Positions 36,953-44,717 of a stretch of DNA of 50,244 bases are shown piece after piece (within the stretch, counting starts at the first letter, position 1; the number at the start of each line of letters is the position of its first letter). Below the pieces are notes generated by a model. The model did no database searches. It saw only the letters and a list, made by a program, of their open reading frames with translations, and had not been told where the DNA came from. Source of the DNA: a virus (taxonomy: Duplodnaviria; Caudoviricetes); the IMG/VR virus record IMGVR_UViG_3300005663_000064, positions 1 through 50,244 of that record; one strand, written 5' to 3'. Made by a program: the position numbers and the translations under genes.

Positions 36953-37123
36953 ATAGAGTTGTGTGCTATTACGCCAAAGAGGCGAGGACAGTCTGCCAAC
37001 ACACGTTGATTGACACCGTTCCGACATTGGCTGTGTCTCAAGCCAGAGGTCGCCTAGCTTATTTAAGGCTGCCCACCTCACTCTTTAAATGGTGGCTGCT
37101 TCTAAGCCTACATCCAACTCTAT
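36953..37123 (-). ncRNA. 23S rRNA H43/H44 (uL11-binding GTPase centre) mimic RNA with 104-nt insert
   Basis: Minus strand GGATGTAGGCTTAGAAGCAGCCACCATTTAAAGAGTG..GCGTAATAGCACAC, closed by ATAGAGTTG/CAACTCTAT. Confidence 0.8.
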
Positions 37124-37140
37124 GCTTTGTTAATATAGTA

Positions 37141-37343
37141 AGGCGGCCGGCAGTTGGCCTGCAACCCACTCGGTCAGGATGCCACTCCACAACCGCCTAT
37201 AAACAGCGACCCAGACACTAGATCATATTTCCTCCAATAACAACCAGCCGGAGAGCGCAATAGGCGTGCGTGCAACGCCTCGTTTTACGTGGACGGTTAT
37301 GGCTATATGTTAAAGCAGAGCCACACCATAAGATGTCTGCTTT
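37141..37343 (-). ncRNA. Three small hairpin-closed RNA units upstream of the rRNA mimic
   Basis: Closing stems at 37141-37198, 37246-37304 and 37312-37343, separated by spacers. Confidence 0.4.
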
Positions 37344-37372
37344 TATCACCTCGCGCTCTCAGACTGCCCAAT

Positions 37373-37539
37373 AAAAAACCCACACGCGGTAAATTCTGGG
37401 AAAGAACAGGCTCAACAGAAGCCCTGCATGTGGGTAATGTGGTTATGTTAATATTGTCCTGTTGATTTGTTCGTTCTTCCCAAAGATTCATTTGATTCAT
37501 TATATATCTATAATCTAACCTTCTAAACACTAAAGTCAA
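37373..37539 (-). promoter_or_regulatory. Sigma-70 promoter plus leader/terminator upstream of the RNA array
   Basis: TTGACT-16-TAGATT; ACCCACA/TGTGGGT stem plus U6. Confidence 0.6.
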
Positions 37540-37744
37540 GCTTTATTTTACATTACCTTAACAAATATACGATCATGGCTCCAAGCATAAACGCTTTGAT
37601 TTATCTCTTTTATTTCGCCCAGCTCGATCAATCTGTCAACATAAGCCATCATGTTCCAGACATCACTTTGTACATCTTTTAATGCGAAAAACATTTTAAA
37701 TGCCCCAGCGTCTTTTAGTAACCGATTTGCTTTGGCGCGTACTT

Positions 37745-37975
37745 TTAAAAGGTTTCGCTTTCCATTAACTGTCTTTTATCTTCTTCCAATTCTTGCAGCC
37801 TCAACTCAAAGCCATTAACCAAGGTGCTAATTTCCCGCACGGAATGTTCCAAACTATCCAGCTTGCCACGGAGCGAAGAAATCTCGTGACTGTCTGCTTT
37901 ACCATCTACTTTCCTCCTTATTTCTGAAATTTCTGATTGTAGCTGTCCTGAATCTGTACACGGATGAAGCAACAT
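37745..37975 (-). CDS. Coiled-coil hypothetical protein
   Basis: RBS AGGAG; heptad pattern. Confidence 0.6.
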   Translation of the reverse strand: MLLHPCTDSGQLQSEISEIRRKVDGKADSHEISSLRGKLDSLEHSVREISTLVNGFELRLQELEEDKRQLMESETF

Positions 37976-37995
37976 AACTTCTCCTTAAAATTAAG

Positions 37996-38150
37996 GCGGT
38001 TGACGACATCGGCTGGCCTCTTGGCTTGCTGCGTATTACCCACTTCCACTTGGCTTAGTCTACCTGGCCGACAGGTTGCAATTAAGGTTATATACTAACG
38101 CCCGGATTTTCACCGTATTTTGCAAGCTCCTGGCGTTAATCGTCAACCGC
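37996..38150 (-). ncRNA. Candidate structured RNA
   Basis: Perfect 11-bp closing stem GCGGTTGACGA/TCGTCAACCGC with two internal arms. Confidence 0.55.
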
Positions 38151-38308
38151 GTTACCTGCCACTAATTCATTATTTCTTTTTTCCCTCATAGGTATCTAAA
38201 ATCGCATTGACATTTTTAAGCTGGGTAGGTATCAGGTCGATTCCTTTTAGATACGCAACCAGCCATGATTGCATGTCACTAAACGATTGCTGTTTGATCT
38301 GTTTTACT

Positions 38309-38581
38309 TTAGTCATTGGTTGCCTCCTCTTTGTTATATCCTAAGTGTTTCAACCAAGCATCAATTGTAACTTGGGGGATGTTGGTATTGCACTTCTTAA
38401 TGTCTCTGAAGTTGCAACTCTCAGAGTTTGTCATTGTGCGTAATTGTCCTCCCTGGTAGTTGCTCCAAAACCGGCAAAAGGCAGATTCGTTTGACTCTTT
38501 CACCTTAGTTATAAACCCATATTCAACGTCATAATGTCCAGGATTATACTTTATTTGATCACCTATTTTGAACTTAGGCAT
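38309..38581 (-). CDS. Hypothetical protein
   Basis: RBS GAGGAGG; first gene after a sigma-54 promoter. Confidence 0.65.
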   Translation of the reverse strand: MPKFKIGDQIKYNPGHYDVEYGFITKVKESNESAFCRFWSNYQGGQLRTMTNSESCNFRDIKKCNTNIPQVTIDAWLKHLGYNKEEATND

Positions 38582-38661
38582 TGTTGAACCTCCTCTTTTT
38601 GTTTCAAGTTGAAAAATCTTGTGCTTAGACCGGCGTTTTTTTATTTTTCATAATGAAAATT

Positions 38662-38677
38662 AGCAACAATCGTGCCA
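38662..38677 (-). promoter_or_regulatory. Sigma-54 promoter
   Basis: TGGCACG-ATTG-TTGCT. Confidence 0.8.
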
Positions 38678-38869
38678 GCTAATTTCTCGTTATCGTATAA
38701 AGATCACCCTTAAGCCGATTCACCGGCAGGGCGAACACGGCGATCGTCACGGCTTGCACGTCCTTGATCAGCCCAAAACGGAAGTAATAGGCCAGTAGGT
38801 GGCTGATTAAGGTTGGTTTATGCATGGTGTTAATTAGTTGCCATCCCATTGCTTTACTCCTCTGTTCGT

Positions 38870-39112
38870 TTATAATTTCTTCCAGTAATAACTTGGTTCT
38901 TTTGATGTCGCATCGTCTATAATTCTTGCCTTGTCACCTTTTGCTTCCTGTTTAGCACAATCCAGTGCCGAGTCATAATTGCAATGGATTGTTTTACAAC
39001 CCTCTTCGCCCGTATCGGTATCTAGTATGCCCATATACCAAACATAATATTTAGCGTTTTGTTTTCTGTCGTGATACAGTTCAGGGCCGGTTATGTGGAA
39101 TACGTATGCCAT
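38870..39112 (-). CDS. Hypothetical protein
   Basis: TAATG coupling. Confidence 0.6.
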   Translation of the reverse strand: MAYVFHITGPELYHDRKQNAKYYVWYMGILDTDTGEEGCKTIHCNYDSALDCAKQEAKGDKARIIDDATSKEPSYYWKKL

Positions 39113-39393
39113 TAAAACGTTCCCACCAAATCCTCAATATCGCCATTAGCGTCAATGTGATCCCATATCTCGGTTAGCGATACCTGGCTAATGATTTCAC
39201 CGACACCATAAGCGTCAAGCTCGGTGTTGTCATATTCGGTCATGGAAACATCTGACGTGATTCTTTTTTCCTTTGCGATTCGCGCTAAAACCATAACGTA
39301 ATCAGAGTCCCAGCTATCGGGCAGTTTGTGGCAACCCCCATACTTTTTAAGTGGTTTAATGTCATCATACCAACTCATTGAAAATCGTTTCAT
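39112..39393 (-). CDS. Hypothetical protein
   Basis: RBS GAGG. Confidence 0.6.
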   Translation of the reverse strand: MKRFSMSWYDDIKPLKKYGGCHKLPDSWDSDYVMVLARIAKEKRITSDVSMTEYDNTELDAYGVGEIISQVSLTEIWDHIDANGDIEDLVGTF

Positions 39394-39450
39394 ATCTTTA
39401 TTCCTCTTGTTAATGCCTAAGATCCAGCCAAAAGGGCAAGGAAACAGTTG

Positions 39451-39672
39451 TCAGAGAACCTTTTTTTCAAATACGCTTCTTAATGGGCCGGAAGGAAGTA
39501 ATTTCCAGTCCTTTTGTTTGAACGAGTTTAGCACTATTTTCTTACACTTATTGTCACAGTGTAGAGTTTGCTTTATTCCTTGAATGGTGAAGTTGTTTAC
39601 CCGTTCATTTGGATCAATAGGTAAGATAAATACTCCACATACATCACATTTAGCACCGCTACTTGTTATCAT
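39451..39672 (-). CDS. Zn-finger hypothetical protein
   Basis: CDVC..HCDNKC. Confidence 0.55.
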   Translation of the reverse strand: MITSSGAKCDVCGVFILPIDPNERVNNFTIQGIKQTLHCDNKCKKIVLNSFKQKDWKLLPSGPLRSVFEKKVL

Positions 39673-39743
39673 TTAACCATCCAAGTTTTTTAAGTCCATA
39701 TTATAATTATCCCCACTGGCCGGATTTCGTCCATTAGGAATCA

Positions 39744-39968
39744 TCAGTTAGGCTGATCTAACATCCAAACTAAATGCTTGCCTATCCATTCCGGTTTTAC
39801 GATTCCTTCGTAGTTATTATTTGGGGTGCAAGTTGGTGCTTTTCTGCATGCTCTTCTGGTGTAAGATAAAAGAAAAGCGCAACCAACGCAAGCGTGACTT
39901 CCTTTTTTGTATAGATACGGTTGTAGTTTATAAGTACTTCCATCATCATCGGTATATTTTAATTTCAT
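39744..39968 (-). CDS. Cys-rich hypothetical protein
   Basis: CVGCAF; RBS GAGGAG. Confidence 0.55.
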   Translation of the reverse strand: MKLKYTDDDGSTYKLQPYLYKKGSHACVGCAFLLSYTRRACRKAPTCTPNNNYEGIVKPEWIGKHLVWMLDQPN

Positions 39969-39981
39969 ACAATCTCCTCAA

Positions 39982-40236
39982 CTATTCTTTAATCATGGTA
40001 TCAAAGTTATCGGTAAACAATAAATAACCATGATTCGTTTCGCTCAGTCCGATAATTGGGATGCTCCGAAACTTTGTTAAATGGTCGGCAGCAGTGGTAT
40101 ATATCCCATTGTTTTCTTCATAGTCGAAGTCAATTATAATTCTTTTATCGTGTCGGGTGTCGTGTATTCTGATTCTTGCTCCCTTGGTGTCGGTAGGGCC
40201 TATATATTTTACATCAAACGCTCTGTAATTTTTCAT
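39982..40236 (-). CDS. Hypothetical protein
   Basis: KYIGPTDTKGARI motif typical of very early phage ORFs; RBS GAGGAGG. Confidence 0.7.
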   Translation of the reverse strand: MKNYRAFDVKYIGPTDTKGARIRIHDTRHDKRIIIDFDYEENNGIYTTAADHLTKFRSIPIIGLSETNHGYLLFTDNFDTMIKE

Positions 40237-40264
40237 TTCACTACCTCCTCTTTCAGTTTATTAT

Positions 40265-40280
40265 TGCAAGAAGCGTGCCA
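40265..40280 (-). promoter_or_regulatory. Sigma-54 promoter
   Basis: TGGCACG-CTTC-TTGCA, 29 nt upstream of ATG 40236. Confidence 0.8.
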
Positions 40281-40443
40281 GCCCTGATCCATGCTTGATT
40301 CAGAGCCAGCGGGTCAAGGCGATGGACGATTATCGGCCAGTTAAAGTAAATTATTCGGGTTCAATTGTTCCGCCAAATTGCTTTTCCTCAAGTGCTTTGA
40401 TAAGTGCTGTTTTATCCATTGTGTTTCCTCCTCTTCTATTCCA

Positions 40444-40641
40444 TCAAAACCAGTTATTCCGTATCCTGGTTATATTCTTATAGGCCACTGTCCGGCTTAT
40501 GTTGGGATATTTCTTGCTGTATTCTTTACTTGCCCATAGCATCCGTTGGTAGTTACTGTCATCTTGACCGGATAAAGCACATTTAGCAAGATGAAAAAGG
40601 TTCATCAACTCCGCCTTTTGTTCCTGGTTAAAGTCAAACAT
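40444..40641 (-). CDS. Hypothetical protein
   Basis: Start moved to ATG 40641 behind GAGGAGG. Confidence 0.6.
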   Translation of the reverse strand: MFDFNQEQKAELMNLFHLAKCALSGQDDSNYQRMLWASKEYSKKYPNISRTVAYKNITRIRNNWF

Positions 40642-40870
40642 AGTGTTAGTTTCCTCCTCTTTAGTTAAATTAGCTCCATACAAGCTCTGTAAGGGACGAT
40701 CTTTTTAGTTAGGTGTTGTTGGTTCGGCTATTTACCAAGTTAAATAAAGTGGCCATAGCTGGCGTATCATTTGACCTCAACTTGCAAGGTAGCGCTTAAT
40801 CTAACCAGCGCCCGTGTTTGGACAGCCATCACGGCATTATGACCACTATGCAGTTGCAACTTTTGGCTAT

Positions 40871-41071
40871 TTAGTGATAAACCACGTTCAACGTATGGGA
40901 ATCTAATTGTATATCTTCTTCGAACTCATCCCCTTGATAGTTGACCTTAGCAGTTATCAAATCAACATTGACATTAGTCAATAACAACTCACAACCTTTA
41001 GAGTTGTAGACTGTAAGGTTTAACTCTCTAAGAACGGTTAAGACGTCTTTTGTTTGTTGTTTGGTTATCAT
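40871..41071 (-). CDS. Hypothetical protein
   Basis: RBS GAGGAG; first gene after a sigma-54 promoter. Confidence 0.6.
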   Translation of the reverse strand: MITKQQTKDVLTVLRELNLTVYNSKGCELLLTNVNVDLITAKVNYQGDEFEEDIQLDSHTLNVVYH

Positions 41072-41159
41072 TTCTTTATCTCCTCGTTTGGTTTACTTAC
41101 AGCTCCGCCAGTTAAGTCCCATTATCTTGACTTATTGGGGTGTTATCTAACTGTAGTAT

Positions 41160-41175
41160 TGCAATCTTCGTGCCA
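41160..41175 (-). promoter_or_regulatory. Sigma-54 promoter
   Basis: TGGCACG-AAGA-TTGCA. Confidence 0.8.
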
Positions 41176-42110
41176 AGCTACCCTATCTCTTTACTCATCT
41201 ATTTAACCTACAAGCTACTAAACTAATAACACTAACTTGCTTATAAGCTGGTTTATATCAGACCACTGGATTATAATTATCCACATTAAGCACAAATCTT
41301 CGGAATCAGCGGTTTACAGATCCAAAACAGCGGGGCAAGGGTTGAAACAACGTCCATAGAAGGCTTGTAATGGGCGGTCTATCCAGGGTTAACCCGTTTG
41401 TATGGGCATTTTTCAGGGTAAGCGATTTAAGACCCAAACTTTCTTTTTCTTATACTACTCCGAAGGAGTTCTTTTTCTTTGCTCTTGATCTTATCTCATT
41501 TATTTATCTTATAAGTTAATCTACTAAGTGAACTATATCAGTTTACACCTGGTTTATATCTATCCACCTGGATTAGATTACACCACTTTATCCCATCATC
41601 TATTATAATCATATATATGGTATATCCCACAGAGTAATACATACTACATGTAGTAGTATAGGCTAAAACACATATATACAGTATGTTATGCACTGTGTAC
41701 ACACTGACAATAGGTGTCATATTCGCCGCTATATTCTTTTACTTTTGTATATATATATTATATACTATATACACGCGCACGCGATACACGCGTGCGCGCA
41801 GGGGTTAAAGAGTTTAGTATAGCAGGTTAGAATACTACTCTCTACTTGCCTATCTTATCAACTAAACAATGATATAGCACGTTAATATGCTCATGGTTAT
41901 AGTTTTTTATAAATATCATCTAGCTTGAAGTAGCTACATGCTAAACCAGCAAGTATCCACAGTAGCAGAATAACAGTCATCTATCCTCCAGGTTATAAGT
42001 TAAATAAAAAAGAATTCTTTTTAGTATATTCTTATGGGTATGACCCTTTAAAGCTGAGGTAGGGGTGAGAGTATAAAAATGTCTATGATAATTTACAGTA
42101 AATTTATTCA
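41176..42110. other. Long AT-rich non-coding region (candidate origin or genome end)
   Basis: No credible ORF; repeated CTGG..CCA 18-mers, TTATCCACA at 41277, and (TA)n followed by (CG)-rich tract at ~41748-41800. Confidence 0.5.
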
Positions 42111-42422
42111 TATTCTCTCATATACTCTTCATTAATCTCTTTATCAGTTTTTCTTTCCAGTCTACTTCGATATTCAGCTATCTCACCTGCTAGGTGATTT
42201 TCTTCAGTACTAACTAACCTATCAATTTTCTCTTGCTTAGTTAACTCCTTCACTTAACCTCCCTGAAGAACTTCTTCAGTAGTTCCTGCAACTCAGTTGC
42301 ACAGTTATAGCAGAGATCTGCATCATACCCGTTATGTCGGCATTCGTCTGCTGTTATAAACTTAAGATCGTAAACATCGCAGGTATCAAACTCCCCACAT
42401 CGATCACACTTAATCGCTTTAC

Positions 42423-42590
42423 TCATTTTTTCGCCATTTTATATATGGATTTACAGGTGTTGCAACGCCAAGTCTCTTTCACTCTCCGTGTGAATAAGCA
42501 ACCGGGTGAAATCATCTCAACTGATTCAAGTTTTAACATCTTTGATTTTTTAAACTTTCCATGGCAGACATCACATTTCTTCTTCATCCT
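42423..42590 (-). CDS. Small Zn-ribbon protein
   Basis: MKKKCDVC..CNTC behind GAGGAG; start approximate. Confidence 0.5.
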   Translation of the reverse strand, partial: RMKKKCDVCHGKFKKSKMLKLESVEMISPGCLFTRRVKETWRCNTCKSIYKMAKK

Positions 42591-42746
42591 TTCCCTCCTC
42601 ATCCACAAGCCGTTGCATCAGCATCCTGACAGTCGCAGCATAGTTCCTGCTGGTTTCGTTACAGTAAGCGGTAAAATCCCGATAAAGTTTGTGGTGCTTG
42701 GGTTGACCTCTGAATGGGATATGAAGATCCCTGATTGGTATCTTTT

Positions 42747-43250
42747 TCATGATATATACTCCGCAAAATTGATAGCTGCTTGCTTCGCTTGATTTAGACC
42801 TGTTATCTTAATCGAACCCCTGAGTCGGAATGGTACTTTTTCACACTCAATGAGAAACCCACATTTGTCTCTTTCTCCTGTTCCCCCTTCAGGATACCAG
42901 TTCTCTTCAAAGAGCATGTCGTTGTACCCGAAACCTTGGATTGCTCGATGACTCCACCCATACCACTTTTCTTCTTTAGCACAGAAACCAATGGAGCAAA
43001 CATATGAAGATACATCTTTCTTTATCGGGGATATTCCGTGTTTTACTATTAACTTATAAGCCCACTTTGAGTCACCTATGTAATGTCCGTAAAGATTATA
43101 AGCCCCTTTTTTTGTTAGTAGAGCGTGCCCTTCCGGTTTGTCTTTAAAGTGTGATAGCCAATATTCATCTCGAATAGTATATCCAGCTTTGTAATGCCTC
43201 TCACGAACAACTCGGTTGCCTTCCTTCTTGTTTAGAATGATCTCGTTCAT
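42747..43250 (-). CDS. Conserved-looking phage hypothetical protein
   Basis: CSIGF..EEKWYGWSHRAI.GF..AKQAAINFA. Confidence 0.7.
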   Translation of the reverse strand: MNEIILNKKEGNRVVRERHYKAGYTIRDEYWLSHFKDKPEGHALLTKKGAYNLYGHYIGDSKWAYKLIVKHGISPIKKDVSSYVCSIGFCAKEEKWYGWSHRAIQGFGYNDMLFEENWYPEGGTGERDKCGFLIECEKVPFRLRGSIKITGLNQAKQAAINFAEYIS

Positions 43251-43318
43251 TTTCTTTTTCCCTTTCTTGAACCGCTGTTTTTGATCTACTTTAATTATGG
43301 ATTATGTTAATCTGTGTT

Positions 43319-43398
43319 AATATACGGTAAGTCTTCTGATAATGCAAATCTTTTCTTGTTATTTTTTATTTGCTTTTTAGTTTTCTGCGTATTATATT
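43319..43398. promoter_or_regulatory. Divergent sigma-70 promoter pair at the strand switch
   Basis: Minus strand: TTGCAT-17-TATATT (43347-43319). Plus strand: TTGCTT-17-TATATT (43370-43398). Confidence 0.65.
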
Positions 43399-43424
43399 TC
43401 CTCCGAACCGTTGAAAGGTAGAGA

Positions 43425-44324
43425 ATGTATGAAGTCACAATCAATAGATGGAAACCTGACGAAAATGGTAAGCGGATTTACTACAGAGAAACATTCGCCT
43501 ATTACGAATCTGCTGATGAAGCTGATAAAAACGGTGTCCCTTATCACCAAGACTGGAAAGAAGCCTATATTCTTAATGAACTTAAGAGTGGCGACTACGT
43601 TCTTACCGAAGAAGGTCATGTTATACCTACAATCGAAGTTAAGTACGGTTCGTTCCCGCTTGTTAGAACGCCGACTGGATCGTTTAATCCAGACAATAAA
43701 TATGGACTTACGTATAAAGAATCTAAGGATAGACGTGCCTTTGAAAAGCGGAGCGACGAGGGTGCCCGGGAAGATAATCCAGGTCTTTGCAGGGCTGCGT
43801 GGCATTTTGCCAGATATGGCGATCCGACTAAGGCTTATCTCTTTGCGTATTGCAATACACACTGGATTAGCAAGATGTCGAAGGAACAGATTGAGAAACG
43901 TGCTGGATACATGTGTCGGCGAGTGCGATTTGCGAGGTTATACATGGTTGAGCTGAGTAAACACTTTGAAGAAGCTGGCGTAACCCCGGCACAACTGCTT
44001 AAGAATATTAGAGATAGAGTTATAAACCCTAAAGAGAAGTATGAGAATGTAGAGAAGGGAACGAAACTTCTCTTGGCGTTACACCCTGACTTTAGGGAAC
44101 AAGTTATCCCGATGATAGTTATAGGGGGTAAGGGACAACTACAGTTAACTGACCCTAACCCTGCGGAAGATGTAGAATATACTGAAATTGAAGAAGAAGG
44201 AGAGGTTAATCCAGGGCAACATATTGAACCTAAGAAAAATGATGAAAACAAAAAGACAAAAACAGTGGATGCAGTGGTATCTGACGACTTATCTTCAGAG
44301 CCGGTATTGGAGGGAAAAGCGTGA
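43425..44324 (+). CDS. Probable terminase small subunit with N-terminal extension
   Basis: HFARYGDPTKAYLFAY..RAGYM HTH-like TerS motif; first late gene, upstream of TerL. Confidence 0.55.
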   Translation: MYEVTINRWKPDENGKRIYYRETFAYYESADEADKNGVPYHQDWKEAYILNELKSGDYVLTEEGHVIPTIEVKYGSFPLVRTPTGSFNPDNKYGLTYKESKDRRAFEKRSDEGAREDNPGLCRAAWHFARYGDPTKAYLFAYCNTHWISKMSKEQIEKRAGYMCRRVRFARLYMVELSKHFEEAGVTPAQLLKNIRDRVINPKEKYENVEKGTKLLLALHPDFREQVIPMIVIGGKGQLQLTDPNPAEDVEYTEIEEEGEVNPGQHIEPKKNDENKKTKTVDAVVSDDLSSEPVLEGKA

Positions 44325-44517
44325 GGAGATTCTTGATTTCTTCGGTCATAAATGCACTGAATGCGGCATCACATTTAGTCTCTGTGTTCACCACCTTAAC
44401 TACAAGAATCTGTGGAGAGAAGAACCACACAAGGATGTCACTGTCTTATGCAACGGCCATCACAAAGAAGCTGAAGGAATTGAACATGACGAATTTGAAG
44501 TGGAGTTGGTAGCATGA
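44239..44517 (+). CDS. Small HNH endonuclease
   Basis: YLQSRYW..CTEC..VHHLNY..E..DVTVLC..HH; overlaps the TerS 3' end. Confidence 0.8.
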   Translation: MMKTKRQKQWMQWYLTTYLQSRYWREKREEILDFFGHKCTECGITFSLCVHHLNYKNLWREEPHKDVTVLCNGHHKEAEGIEHDEFEVELVA

Positions 44518-44717
44518 GGAAACTAAGACCAATAGGCACAATATTTACTCAAGAGTTTCCTCCGAATATCACAAGTACACGAAGTCGGAGCCGCGTTACA
44601 ACCTATAAAGTTATAGCGCATAGGAAAGTTGCGTTTACGCCTGACACGGTAGACGGCATGGCTGAGGAATTACTGCCGATTAAAATCGAATACAGCGATG
44701 GAGAAGTGGTAGAATGA
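44514..44717 (+). CDS. Small inserted hypothetical protein
   Basis: ATGA overlaps at both ends with similar junction sequences. Confidence 0.55.
   Translation: MRKLRPIGTIFTQEFPPNITSTRSRSRVTTYKVIAHRKVAFTPDTVDGMAEELLPIKIEYSDGEVVE

Noticed and set aside
36961-37115. Annotating the 23S-like match as an rRNA gene or host contamination
   Set aside because: Only ~50 nt match, interrupted by a structured insert, closed by a non-rRNA stem and flanked by phage genes
36793-37539. ORFs 36793-37221(+) and 37303-37539(-)
   Set aside because: No RBS; they run through the promoter, terminator and RNA stems (the TTG 'start' at 37539 is the -35 box)
43392-43956. ORFs 43411-43956(+) and 43392-43862(-)
   Set aside because: Alternative-frame or antisense shadows of the TerS gene with no recognisable motifs; the same applies to most short overlapping ORFs in the track
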